A DNA stretch of 28,468 nt, taken from the NCBI GenBank assembly GCA_964519325.1, contig CAZFHQ010000002.1, positions 1-28,468 on the forward strand. Reading direction: 5' to 3'. Made by a program: the position numbers and the translations under genes. This document shows, one piece after another, positions 7,938 to 17,212 of the stretch (positions are counted from its first letter, which is position 1; every line of letters begins with the position of its first letter). Origin of the DNA: an uncultured Clostridium sp. Its GTDB lineage: Bacteria; Bacillota; Clostridia; Oscillospirales; Acutalibacteraceae. The notes below the pieces were generated by a model that had not been told where the DNA came from, did no database searches, and worked only from the letters and a program-made list of their open reading frames with translations.

Positions 7938-7966
7938 TTGTTAACCTGTGCCGGACATTTTATAAT
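7938..7966 (+). promoter_or_regulatory. SigA promoter of the small lipoprotein gene
   Basis: TTGTTA-17 bp-TATAAT, 20 nt before ATG 7987. Confidence 0.6.
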
Positions 7967-7986
7967 GGGGGAAGCAGGAACAGATT

Positions 7987-8441
7987 ATGAAAAAGCAAAG
8001 CAAATGGATCGCGCTGGCCGCCATGCTGGCCATAGCCGCGGCAGCGGTTACAGGCTGCGGAGCGGAAACGGAACCGGCCGCGAGCGCGCCAACCAGCACA
8101 GGGAACGCCATATCGGCGGATGAGAGCGCGGCGCCGGACGCAATGGACGTGCGGATTATCCTGAAGCCGGACTGCACCGGTAGATTGACCGGAACGGCAG
8201 CGTAACGGCAGTAGAGTATGTGCTGGAGGAACGCACACCGATCGCATGCATTTTCACGGTAATAGACGGCACGGGTTCCGCCCCCAATACGCCGACAAAA
8301 GTTATCATGCAGTACGACAAAGAAAAGAACACGCTGACCTGCCCCAACGGCCCAGAGTCCAACGCCAACGCCGACTTTACCTTTACCAAAGCGCTGGCGG
8401 AACCGGACGCCGGCAACGACAGCTTATCTGCGGCGGAATGA
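7987..8441 (+). pseudogene. Probably frameshifted ~151-aa lipoprotein (ORFs 7987-8205 and 8220-8441)
   Basis: First ORF has a signal peptide and lipobox VTGC; adding one base at about 8183 joins it to a frame open from 8184 to 8441. Confidence 0.55.
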
Positions 8442-8461
8442 CCCCGCAAACCGACGAAAAC

Positions 8462-8499
8462 AAAAAGGCGAAATCACAACCGGTGTGATTTCGCTTTTT
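8462..8499. terminator. Bidirectional terminator
   Basis: AAAAAG-GCGAAATCACA-ACCGG-TGTGATTTCGC-TTTTT between convergent genes. Confidence 0.85.
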
Positions 8500-8516
8500 C
8501 TATGCCGAAGAAAGCC

Positions 8517-10127
8517 CTATTCCTTCGTAACCGCGGATAAGATCATCTCAGCGCACTTGATGCCGTCCACCGCCGCCGACACAATGCCGCCAGCGTAACC
8601 GGCGCCCTCGCCGCAGGGATACAGCCCCGCCAGCGATACCGATTGCAGCCGTTCATTCCGCAGCAGCCGCACCGGCGCGGAGCTGCGGGTTTCCACAGCG
8701 GTCAGCAGCGCGTCCGGATAGGCAAAGCCCGCCAGCCGCTGATCCATCCGCCGGATGCCCTCGGCCATGGACTCCGCCGCAAAATCCGGCAGCAGCTCCC
8801 AAAGGTCGCTTGGCGCCACCCCGCGCTGATAGGTAGGCCGGACGTCGCCAAAGTGGGTGGACTGCCGCTTTTGCAGAAAATCCTCTACCCGCTGGGCAGG
8901 CGCTTTGTAACCGCCGCCGCCAAGCTGAAACGCCGCCCGCTCCAGCCGCCGCTGCAGCTCCATCCCCGCCAGGGGCGCCGTGCTGCCAAAGTCCTCCGGC
9001 CCAACGCCTACCAGCAGCGCGGCGTTTGCGTTTTCGCCGTCGCGGGCAAAATTGCTCATCCCGTTGGTGGCGACCATCCCCTCCTCAGAAGCCGCGGCCA
9101 CCACCTCGCCGCCGGGACACATGCAAAAGGTATAGACACCCCGACCGTTCGGCAGATGCGCCGCCAGCTTATACTCCGCCGCGCCCAACGCCGGATGCCC
9201 GGCAAACAGGCCATACTGCGCCAGGTTGATCACCCGCTGGGGATGCTCGATCCGCGCGCCGATGGAAAAGGCCTTCTGATCCATGGCCAGCCCCATGCGA
9301 TCCAGCATTTCATAGGTATCCCTGGCGCTGTGGCCAATGGCCAAAACCAGGTGGCCGGTTTCCACAACCCGCTCCCCCTGCGGGCCGCAGATCACCGCCG
9401 CTGTCACCGCGCCGCCCTTTGCGCGGATTCCGGCCAGCTGGGTGTCAAACAGCACCGTGCCGCCCAGCCGCCGGATCGTTTCCCGAATGGCACGCACAGT
9501 CTGGGGCAGCCGATCCGTACCCACATGGGGGTGGGACTGATATAGAATTTCTGCCGGCGCGCCGGCTTGATGCAGCTCCTCCAGCACCTTGCGGATCCGG
9601 CAGTCCTTGGTGCCGGTGTTCAGCTTGCCGTCGGAGAAGGTCCCCGCGCCGCCCTCGCCAAACTGAACGTTGCACTGCGTATTCAGCGCACCGGTCTGCC
9701 AGAAGCGCTCCACCTGCCTTTGCCGGTCCTCCACCGAGCCGCCCCGCTCCACAACGATGGGGCATTGCCCCGCCTGCGCCAAAATCAAAGCGGCAAACAT
9801 GCCCGCCGGGCCAAATCCCACGACAACCGGACGCTTTTCCAGCTTGCCGCAGGATGGCAGGTCATAACGGTATGGCTGCACAACAGCCGACTTTCGATCC
9901 CGCGCTTTGGCAAACACAGCCTGCTCCCGCGCTACGGTAACGTCCACCGTGCAGCGGAATACGATATGCTCTTTTTTGCGGGCGTCCACCGATTGCTTCA
10001 CCAATGCAATCTGTTGGATCTGCCCGACGGCGCACCGCAGGCGCCTGGCCGCCTGCTTTTTCAAATATTCCAGCACCGCCTGCTGGGGGATCTCCAGCGG
10101 CAGCACGATCTCTGAAATCCGGATCAT
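8517..10127 (-). CDS. FAD/NAD(P)-dependent oxidoreductase (COG2509-like uncharacterised dehydrogenase)
   Basis: VVVGFGPAGMFAAL, QFGEGGAGTFSDGKL, VYTFCMCPGG, GEGAGYAGGIVSAAVDG; GAGGAG RBS; start overlaps the upstream stop. Confidence 0.88.
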   Translation of the reverse strand: MIRISEIVLPLEIPQQAVLEYLKKQAARRLRCAVGQIQQIALVKQSVDARKKEHIVFRCTVDVTVAREQAVFAKARDRKSAVVQPYRYDLPSCGKLEKRPVVVGFGPAGMFAALILAQAGQCPIVVERGGSVEDRQRQVERFWQTGALNTQCNVQFGEGGAGTFSDGKLNTGTKDCRIRKVLEELHQAGAPAEILYQSHPHVGTDRLPQTVRAIRETIRRLGGTVLFDTQLAGIRAKGGAVTAAVICGPQGERVVETGHLVLAIGHSARDTYEMLDRMGLAMDQKAFSIGARIEHPQRVINLAQYGLFAGHPALGAAEYKLAAHLPNGRGVYTFCMCPGGEVVAAASEEGMVATNGMSNFARDGENANAALLVGVGPEDFGSTAPLAGMELQRRLERAAFQLGGGGYKAPAQRVEDFLQKRQSTHFGDVRPTYQRGVAPSDLWELLPDFAAESMAEGIRRMDQRLAGFAYPDALLTAVETRSSAPVRLLRNERLQSVSLAGLYPCGEGAGYAGGIVSAAVDGIKCAEMILSAVTKE

Positions 10128-11398
10128 CTGTTCTTCTCCTCGCCCAACGCATTGGCGCAGGCCTGGCCGGCGGCAATGCCGGTGCTCCACGCCCAATGCA
10201 GATTAAACCCGCCGCAGTCACCGTACAGGTCGATCAGCTCGCCGGTGAGGTACAGCCCGCCGCACCGTTTTGACTCCATGGTGCGGTTGTCAATTTCCGC
10301 GCCGCAAACGCCGCCGGCGGTGACTTGGGCGCTCTCCCAGCCCATGCTGCCAGTAATGGGAAAACGGAAATGCTTTACGGTTTCCGCGATCCGCCCGCAC
10401 CGGTCATAGCCGCAGGCTCCCGCCCGTTTGGGCAGGGCGCCGCCCAGCGCGGCTTTCACAACCGCCTGGCCCACCCGCTGGTTCACACAGCCGCACAGCA
10501 GCTCAATGGGCGGCAAATTGCCATACCGCTTGCTTTGGGCCGCAATCTGCTTTGTAAGCGGCTCCATCTGCCAGTCCGGCATCAGGTCCAACTCCAGCTC
10601 CACCGGTACGCCCTGGGCCAGCAGCTGATTGATCCGGCCGGACAGCTGGAATACGCAGATGCCAGAAAGCCCCTGCGCTGTAAACTGCACCTCGCCGTCC
10701 TCTGTCAGCGTGGGCGTCCCGTCCTCCAGCAGGGTCACGCGGGCTTGGCTGCGCATCCCTTTCAGGTTTTTCACGCGGGAAGGCTCCGACGTGACCTGTA
10801 CCAAAGCGGGCAGCTCCGGCGTGACGGTATGCCCCATTTGGCGGGCCAACGCCGTCCCGCTGCCGTCAGTACCCAGCTTGGGGGCCGCCCGCCCGCCTGC
10901 CGACAGGATCACCCGACGGGCCAGCCACTGCTCGCCATTCCGGTCGGTGACCGCAAAGCCCTCCCGGCGCCGCTCCAGCCTTGCCGCGGGGAAACCGCAC
11001 ACGACCTCCACCTGATACAGCGCCAGCTGCAGCCGCAGGATCTCCAGCACGGCGGCCGCCTGCGAATTATAGGGGTAGACCCTGCCCTCGCTGTCGCTGC
11101 GGCACAGCAGGCCCATCGTCTCAAACTGCCGGATCACCGCTTTGGCCGGAAACCGCGTCAGCAGCGGCGCGGCCCAGTCAGCCGCGCCGTGATAATGCGC
11201 CGGCGCAGCCGCCAAATTTGACAAATTACACCGGCCGTTCCCTGTGGCCAGCAGTTTTTTCCCAATCCGGTTTTCTTTTTCCAACAGGACAACGCGCCCT
11301 GGTTTTTTCTGCCTTTGCAGCGTTTGTGCCGCTGTGATCGCCGCCAGCATCCCAGAGGCCCCGCCGCCGATCACCGCAATTTGCGCTGTATGCGCCAT
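10124..11398 (-). CDS. HI0933/BaiN-like flavoprotein
   Basis: VIGGGASGM, GKKLLATGNGRCNLSN, GRVYP, LGTDGSG, AQVTAGGV, GELIDLYGDCGGFNLHWAWSTG. The start could be GTG 11407. Confidence 0.88.
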   Translation of the reverse strand: MAHTAQIAVIGGGASGMLAAITAAQTLQRQKKPGRVVLLEKENRIGKKLLATGNGRCNLSNLAAAPAHYHGAADWAAPLLTRFPAKAVIRQFETMGLLCRSDSEGRVYPYNSQAAAVLEILRLQLALYQVEVVCGFPAARLERRREGFAVTDRNGEQWLARRVILSAGGRAAPKLGTDGSGTALARQMGHTVTPELPALVQVTSEPSRVKNLKGMRSQARVTLLEDGTPTLTEDGEVQFTAQGLSGICVFQLSGRINQLLAQGVPVELELDLMPDWQMEPLTKQIAAQSKRYGNLPPIELLCGCVNQRVGQAVVKAALGGALPKRAGACGYDRCGRIAETVKHFRFPITGSMGWESAQVTAGGVCGAEIDNRTMESKRCGGLYLTGELIDLYGDCGGFNLHWAWSTGIAAGQACANALGEEKNR

Positions 11399-11475
11399 GG
11401 TATCCACCGCCTTTTCTTGTTTTTAGTATACAGGAAATTTAACAAAAAAGAAACATTTTATCGCCAGGTTTCCTA

Positions 11476-11526
11476 TTGACATTTGAAAGAGATGGTTATA
11501 AGATATTAACCGTTAAGTATTATAAC
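11476..11526 (+). promoter_or_regulatory. SigA promoter and palindromic operator of the marR-ABC operon
   Basis: TTGACA-17 bp-TAAGAT, overlapped by GTTATAA-gata-TTAAC-c-GTTAA-gta-TTATAAC. Confidence 0.6.
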
Positions 11527-11562
11527 TATTATATACCAAAACTAACGAAAGGAAGCGACGCA

Positions 11563-12117
11563 ATGGAACTTGACAACACCCCGCTGTATTTGCAGTTTTA
11601 TAACGCGATGCTGCGGCTGAAGCGCGTCACCAGGCGGATCCCCCCGCCTCGCAAGGGGATCTCCCATTTTGAGTTCATGTGCCTCAACGTGATCTCCAAT
11701 TACACAAGCGAGCACCCTGAGCTGCCGGGCATCAAGGCGTCCCTGCTCAGCGACATCACCCAGACCTCCCGGCCGGCGATCTCCCAGCACATCAATATTC
11801 TGGAAGAAAAAGGGCTGATCTGCCGCCGCGCATCGCGCAGCGACCGGAGGGTCACTTACCTTTGCCTGACGGAATCCGCCGGCGATTTCCTGGCGGGGAT
11901 GGAGGAAGACGCCATGCGCAATTTTCGGGTCATCTGCGACCAGCTTGGCCAGGAGGACACCCGCAAGGCCATTGCCATAGTGGCTAAGGTGTCCCGAATC
12001 ATCCTCTCCTGCTCCGCGCGGGAACCGGCCCAGCAGCCCCAGGCTGCCGCCGATGACACGTCCCGCACATCCGCGGACAACACAATACCCGAAAGAAAGG
12101 AAACCCTGTTGCAATGA
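11563..12117 (+). CDS. MarR family transcriptional regulator
   Basis: AAAGGAAG RBS before ATG 11563; ASLLSDITQTSRPAISQHINILEEKGLI..R..S.SDRRVTYLCLT wing motif. Confidence 0.85.
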   Translation: MELDNTPLYLQFYNAMLRLKRVTRRIPPPRKGISHFEFMCLNVISNYTSEHPELPGIKASLLSDITQTSRPAISQHINILEEKGLICRRASRSDRRVTYLCLTESAGDFLAGMEEDAMRNFRVICDQLGQEDTRKAIAIVAKVSRIILSCSAREPAQQPQAAADDTSRTSADNTIPERKETLLQ

Positions 12118-14354
12118 TAAAAGTTCTGCGATATTTAAAACCCCATCTTCTGTCGCTGATCGCAGCCATCCTGCTGATCGCCTGCACTGTTGTGGGCGAC
12201 CTGAGCCTGCCCACGCTCATGTCCAACATCATCAGCGTTGGCATCCAGCAAAGCGGCGTGGAGGACGCCGCGCCGGAGGCGGTCAGCGCCAACGGCTACG
12301 CGCTGATGACAACCTTTATGAGCGAAGAAGAACGCCAGCTCACAGCGGACAGCTACACCCTGGTGCAGGCTGACCCCAACAACAGCCTGGCGCAGAAATA
12401 TCCGCTGCTGGCCAGCCAGGACGTCTACATCCGCAAGGAGGTAGACAGCAATACGCTGGCGCGGCTTGACACTGCCTTTGGCGCTGCCACCATGACGTTC
12501 TATACCATTGCGGAGGAACAGTCCGCGCAGCAGGACGGCGCCGCAGAGGGTGCCTCTGCCGCGGAAGGGGAGGATACGGAAACCGCTTCCATTCCGTTAG
12601 ACACGATCTACCAGTCTCTGCCCATGCTGCAGCAAATCCCCCAGGCGCAAATCGACGCCGTGCGGGAGTCTGCCGCCTCCTCGCAGGAAACGCTCCAGGA
12701 ACAAATGGGCATTGCCATGGCAAAGAGCTTTTATGAGGAGCTTGGCATGGACACCGGCGCCATGCAGATGCGCTACATCATCTACGTCGGCGCTATCATG
12801 CTTGCCCTGACCCTGCTCAGCGGCGTGGCTACGGTCTTTGTATCCCTGCTCTCCTCCCGCATTGCCGCCGGCGTGGCCCGCGCCCTGCGCCGCGACGTGT
12901 TCCACAAGGTGAGCAACTTCTCCAACCATGAGTTCGATACCTTCTCCACCGCGTCCCTTATCACCCGCACCACCAACGACATCACCCAGGTGCAGATGAT
13001 GCTGACCATGGGCATCCGTCTGGCGTTTCAGGCGCCGCTCACCAGCATTGGCGGCGTGGTAATGGCGCTGAATAAAAGCGTTTCCCTCGGCTGGGTCATC
13101 GCGGTGTCCGTGCTGACGCTGCTGTGCCTGATCGGCGTTGTGTTTGTGATCGCCATGCCAAGGTTCACCAAGATGCAGAAGCTGGTTGACCGGATGAACC
13201 TGGTCGCCAGAGAGAACCTCAGCGGCATCATGGTCATCCGCGCTTTTGACAATGAAGAGTTTGAAAAAGGCCGCTACGATGTGGCCAACCAGAACCTGGC
13301 CAGCAACCAGCTGTTTGTGAACCGGCTGATGGTCACCCTGATGCCGGCCATGATGATCATTATGAACCTGACCTCGCTGACCATCGTATGGGTCGGCGCC
13401 CATCGAATTGCCGAGTCCGCCATGCAGATCGGCGATATGATCGCCTTTATGCAATATTCCATGCAGATCATCCTGTCCTTCCTGCTGATCGCCATGATGT
13501 TCATCCTGGTACCCCGCGCGGCTGTTTCCGCCAAGCGGATCCAGGAGGTGCTGGAAACAGAAAGCTCGGTGAAGGACCCTGCCCAGCCCGTCCCCTTTGA
13601 CGAGGCAAAAGCCGGCCTGGTAGAATTCCGGGACGTTTCCTTCCGTTACGGCGACGCCGACAACGATGTGATCGAGCACATTACCTTTACCGCGGAGCCG
13701 GGTAAAACCACCGCCTTCATCGGCGCTACCGGCTCCGGCAAGTCCACCCTGGTCAACCTGATCCCCCGGTTCTATGACTGCACGGAAGGCCAGGTCCTGG
13801 TCAACGGCGCAGATGTGCGGCAGGTTCGGCAGCACGACCTGCGGGAGCGCATTGGTTATGTGCCGCAAAAGGGTATCCTCCACAAAGGCACCATCGCCAG
13901 CAATATCGGCTACGGCGCGCCAAACGCCACCCGGGAGGACCTGAATACCGCCGCGGAGGTTGCCCAGGCCATGGACTTTATCAGCAAAAAAGAGAACGGC
14001 ATGGACAGCGAGATCGCTGCCGGCGGCACCAATGTTTCCGGCGGGCAGAAGCAGCGCCTCTCCATTGCCCGCGCTTTGGCGAAAAAGCCGGACGTCTATA
14101 TTTTTGACGACAGCTTTTCCGCGCTGGACTTCAAGACAGACGCCGCGCTGCGCCACGCCCTCAAGGGTTACACCGGCCACGCCACCGTTCTGATCGTCGC
14201 CCAGCGGGTCGGCACCATTTTGAACGCCGACCAGATCATCGTACTGGATCAAGGGAAAATTGCAGGCAAAGGCACCCACGCGGAGCTGCTCCGAACCTGC
14301 CCGGTCTATTATGAGATCGCTTCCTCCCAGCTGACAAAGGAGGAATTAGCATGA
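12114..14354 (+). CDS. Heterodimeric ABC exporter subunit A (TMD+NBD, degenerate site, TM287-like)
   Basis: Walker A GATGSGKST, signature VSGGQ, Walker B YIFDD (D for E), switch VAQR (Q for H); FSTASLITRTTND coupling helix. Confidence 0.93.
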   Translation: MIKVLRYLKPHLLSLIAAILLIACTVVGDLSLPTLMSNIISVGIQQSGVEDAAPEAVSANGYALMTTFMSEEERQLTADSYTLVQADPNNSLAQKYPLLASQDVYIRKEVDSNTLARLDTAFGAATMTFYTIAEEQSAQQDGAAEGASAAEGEDTETASIPLDTIYQSLPMLQQIPQAQIDAVRESAASSQETLQEQMGIAMAKSFYEELGMDTGAMQMRYIIYVGAIMLALTLLSGVATVFVSLLSSRIAAGVARALRRDVFHKVSNFSNHEFDTFSTASLITRTTNDITQVQMMLTMGIRLAFQAPLTSIGGVVMALNKSVSLGWVIAVSVLTLLCLIGVVFVIAMPRFTKMQKLVDRMNLVARENLSGIMVIRAFDNEEFEKGRYDVANQNLASNQLFVNRLMVTLMPAMMIIMNLTSLTIVWVGAHRIAESAMQIGDMIAFMQYSMQIILSFLLIAMMFILVPRAAVSAKRIQEVLETESSVKDPAQPVPFDEAKAGLVEFRDVSFRYGDADNDVIEHITFTAEPGKTTAFIGATGSGKSTLVNLIPRFYDCTEGQVLVNGADVRQVRQHDLRERIGYVPQKGILHKGTIASNIGYGAPNATREDLNTAAEVAQAMDFISKKENGMDSEIAAGGTNVSGGQKQRLSIARALAKKPDVYIFDDSFSALDFKTDAALRHALKGYTGHATVLIVAQRVGTILNADQIIVLDQGKIAGKGTHAELLRTCPVYYEIASSQLTKEELA

Positions 14355-16243
14355 GTATGAATCAACCCACAACGAACCGCCCAAGAGGGTCGCGCATGGG
14401 AGGCCCGATGCGGGGGCCTGGCGGCCCAAAGGCCAAGAACGCCAAGGGCGCGCTGCTCCGGCTGCTCCGGTATATCTCCCGCTACAAATTCACGATCCTG
14501 CTGGTCATGTTGTTTGCGGTCATTTCCACCGTTTTCAATATTATCGGCCCAAAGCTCCTGGGCCAGGCTACCACCACACTGGCGGAAGGCATTTCCAGCA
14601 TGGTGTCCGGCACCGGCGGCATCGACTTTGATACCATCGGCCTGCTTATGGTGATCCTCATTTGCCTGTATTGCGCCAGCGCCGCTTTCTCCTACCTGCA
14701 GGGCTACTTTATGTCCAAGGTCTCCATGCGGGTCACCTATGGCCTGCGCAAGGATATTTCCAACAAAATGCACCGCCTGCCGTTCCAGTATTACGACGGC
14801 ACCACCACCGGCGAGATCCTCTCCTATATCACCAACGACGTGGACGCGATCAACCAGAGCTTAAACCAAAGCCTGACCCAGATCATCACCTCTGTGACGA
14901 CGCTGGCCGGCATCCTGATCATGATGTTCTCCATCCACTGGGTACTCGCGCTGGCCACCCTGTGCATCATTCCCGTTTCCATGGTGCTGATCCTGCTGAT
15001 CGCCAAAATCTCGCAAAAGTACTTTAAGGCCCAGCAGGAATATTTGGGCCATGTGAACGGCCATGTGGAGGAGATGTATTCCAGCCACGTTGTCGTCAAG
15101 GCCTATAACGGGGAGGCCCGCTCTGAACAGACCTTCTCCAAATACAATGACACCCTGTATAAATCCGCCTGGAAATCCCAGTTCCTCTCCAGCCTGATGA
15201 TGCCGATCATGACCTTTGTGGGCAACCTGGGTTATGTGGTCGTGTGCATCCTGGGCGGCTACCTGGCGATTTCCGGCTCCATCTCCATTGGCGATATCCA
15301 GGCATTCCTCCAATATGTCCGGCAGTTCAACCAGCCGATCACCCAGGTGGCGCAGATCTCCAACATCATCCAGCAGACAGCCGCCGCCTCTGAGCGTGTC
15401 TTTGATTTTCTGGAAACGCCGGAGGAGATCCCGGACACCGACGCCCCGATACGGCTGGCCCGCGGCAGCGACCAGAACGGGATCGCCATAAAGGGCAGCG
15501 TAGAGTTTGACCATGTCCGCTTCGGCTACAATCCGGAACGCATCGTCATCAAGGACTTCTCCGCCAGCGTAAGCCCTGGCCAGAAGATCGCCATTGTCGG
15601 CCCGACCGGCGCCGGCAAAACCACCATGATCAAGCTGCTGATGCGGTTCTATGATGTAACCGGCGGCGCGATCCGCATCGACGGCCACGATATCCGGGAC
15701 TTCACCCGGGACGACCTGCGCTCCCTCTTTGGCATGGTGCTCCAGGACACCTGGCTCTACAACGCCTCCATCAAAGAGAATATCCGCTACGGCAAGCTGG
15801 ACGCCACCGATGAGGAGATCTACGCCGCGGCCAAAGCCGCCCAGGTGGATCACTTTGTCCACACCCTGCCCAACGGCTATGAGATGGAGCTGAACGAGGA
15901 CGCAAGCAATGTCTCCCAGGGGCAAAAGCAGCTGCTCACCATCGCCCGTGCTTTTCTGGCGAACCCGCAGATCCTGATCCTCGACGAGGCGACCAGCTCT
16001 GTCGACACCCGAACAGAAATCCTCATCCAAAAGGCCATGGATAACCTGATGAAGGACCGGACCAGCTTTGTTATCGCCCACCGGCTGTCCACCGTCCGCA
16101 ACGCCAACCTGATCCTTGTCATGCGGGACGGCGACATTGTGGAGCAGGGCAGCCACGACACACTGATGGAGCAGGGCGGCTTCTACGCTACCCTCTACAA
16201 CAGCCAGTTTGAGCCGGAAGAAGAGATTGCCGACAACCTGTGA
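14351..16243 (+). CDS. Heterodimeric ABC exporter subunit B (TMD+NBD, consensus site, TM288-like)
   Basis: Walker A GPTGAGKTT, non-canonical signature VSQGQ, Walker B ILILDE, IAHR switch; start overlaps the stop of subunit A. Confidence 0.93.
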   Translation: MSMNQPTTNRPRGSRMGGPMRGPGGPKAKNAKGALLRLLRYISRYKFTILLVMLFAVISTVFNIIGPKLLGQATTTLAEGISSMVSGTGGIDFDTIGLLMVILICLYCASAAFSYLQGYFMSKVSMRVTYGLRKDISNKMHRLPFQYYDGTTTGEILSYITNDVDAINQSLNQSLTQIITSVTTLAGILIMMFSIHWVLALATLCIIPVSMVLILLIAKISQKYFKAQQEYLGHVNGHVEEMYSSHVVVKAYNGEARSEQTFSKYNDTLYKSAWKSQFLSSLMMPIMTFVGNLGYVVVCILGGYLAISGSISIGDIQAFLQYVRQFNQPITQVAQISNIIQQTAAASERVFDFLETPEEIPDTDAPIRLARGSDQNGIAIKGSVEFDHVRFGYNPERIVIKDFSASVSPGQKIAIVGPTGAGKTTMIKLLMRFYDVTGGAIRIDGHDIRDFTRDDLRSLFGMVLQDTWLYNASIKENIRYGKLDATDEEIYAAAKAAQVDHFVHTLPNGYEMELNEDASNVSQGQKQLLTIARAFLANPQILILDEATSSVDTRTEILIQKAMDNLMKDRTSFVIAHRLSTVRNANLILVMRDGDIVEQGSHDTLMEQGGFYATLYNSQFEPEEEIADNL

Positions 16244-16392
16244 CAACTTTTCCTTACTCTGCAATAAAACAGGAGGCCCCCGCGTTATTGCTACGGGAAG
16301 CCTCCGGCGCCGGATCCCGTATATTCTGGGGTGCGAACGCCATATGAATGAACAACACAAAATTTAACATGATGGTATGAAGGAGAATGACC

Positions 16393-17013
16393 ATGAAAAA
16401 ACTTGCAGTTTTCTGCGCGGGCGCCATGCTGTGCGCCGCAATGCTGGCCGGCTGCGGCAGCGAATCTGAAAGCACCGATACCAGCGCTGTCACAAACGAT
16501 ACGTCCTCCGCGGCGGAAAGCGGCGCGGCGGCAGACGATGCGTCCGCAAGCACAGGCACAACCTCTGACGACGGCTCCGCCACAGGCGACATCACCGCTG
16601 AGGCAGCGCAAGAGATCGCCATCACCGCTGCCAACGCCAGCGACGCCACCGTTGTGAAATGCACGCTGGATTACGACACCGGTATCTATGTGTATGACAT
16701 TGAGCTGGTGGGCGGCGGCCAAAAGTTTGAGTTCGAGATCAACGCCGCGACCGGCGATATTCTGGAGCAGAAGCAGGAGGCAGTCACCAACAGCAGCTCC
16801 GGCGCCTCCGCTTCCATCAGCGCTGACGAAGCGCTGTCCATCGCGCAAAACGCCGCTGGCATCTCCGGCGGCACCGTGGTGAAAAACAACCTGGACTACG
16901 ATGACGGCCGCGCCGTTTACGAGATCGAAATTTACAACAACAATGTGGAGTATGAATTTGAGATCGACGCAAACACCGGCGCCATCATCGACCAAAGCCA
17001 GGAAATGCAGTAA
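16393..17013 (+). CDS. PepSY-domain lipoprotein (two PepSY repeats)
   Basis: AAGGAG RBS; lipobox LAGC; Ser/Ala/Asp linker; two repeats ITAEAAQEIA...VYDIEL...EFEINAATGDILE and ISADEALSIA...VYEIEI...EFEIDANTGAIID. Confidence 0.85.
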   Translation: MKKLAVFCAGAMLCAAMLAGCGSESESTDTSAVTNDTSSAAESGAAADDASASTGTTSDDGSATGDITAEAAQEIAITAANASDATVVKCTLDYDTGIYVYDIELVGGGQKFEFEINAATGDILEQKQEAVTNSSSGASASISADEALSIAQNAAGISGGTVVKNNLDYDDGRAVYEIEIYNNNVEYEFEIDANTGAIIDQSQEMQ

Positions 17014-17025
17014 ATCCATATCTTG

Positions 17026-17058
17026 TCCGCTGGGGCGCAATGCCCTGGCGGATTTTTT
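17026..17058 (+). terminator. Terminator after the PepSY gene
   Basis: TCCGCTGGGGC-GCAAT-GCCCTGGCGGA followed by TTTTTT. Confidence 0.75.
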
Positions 17059-17141
17059 ATTTCTATTACAGAAAAACGCTGAATTCGGGCAAACCCGCCG
17101 GAATGTCCCTGGTTTCCTTCTGTTCCGGCCGTTTGGAAGAT

Positions 17142-17170
17142 TTGACTTTTTAGAATGATGGGTATATGAT
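17142..17170 (+). promoter_or_regulatory. SigA promoter of the chromate transporter pair
   Basis: TTGACT-17 bp-TATGAT. Confidence 0.65.
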
Positions 17171-17212
17171 GGAAGATAAACCATAATTTTTCTAAGTTAG
17201 GATCTGTATGCC

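Noticed and set aside
7938-7944. Rex half-sites TTGTTAA at 7938 and TTAACAA at 11439-11445
   Set aside because: No matching second half at N4 spacing; the first coincides with a -35 box.
16319-16349. GTATATT-N15-CATATGAA sigma-E-like promoter before the PepSY gene
   Set aside because: The -10 lacks the conserved final T and the spacing is off; too weak to call.
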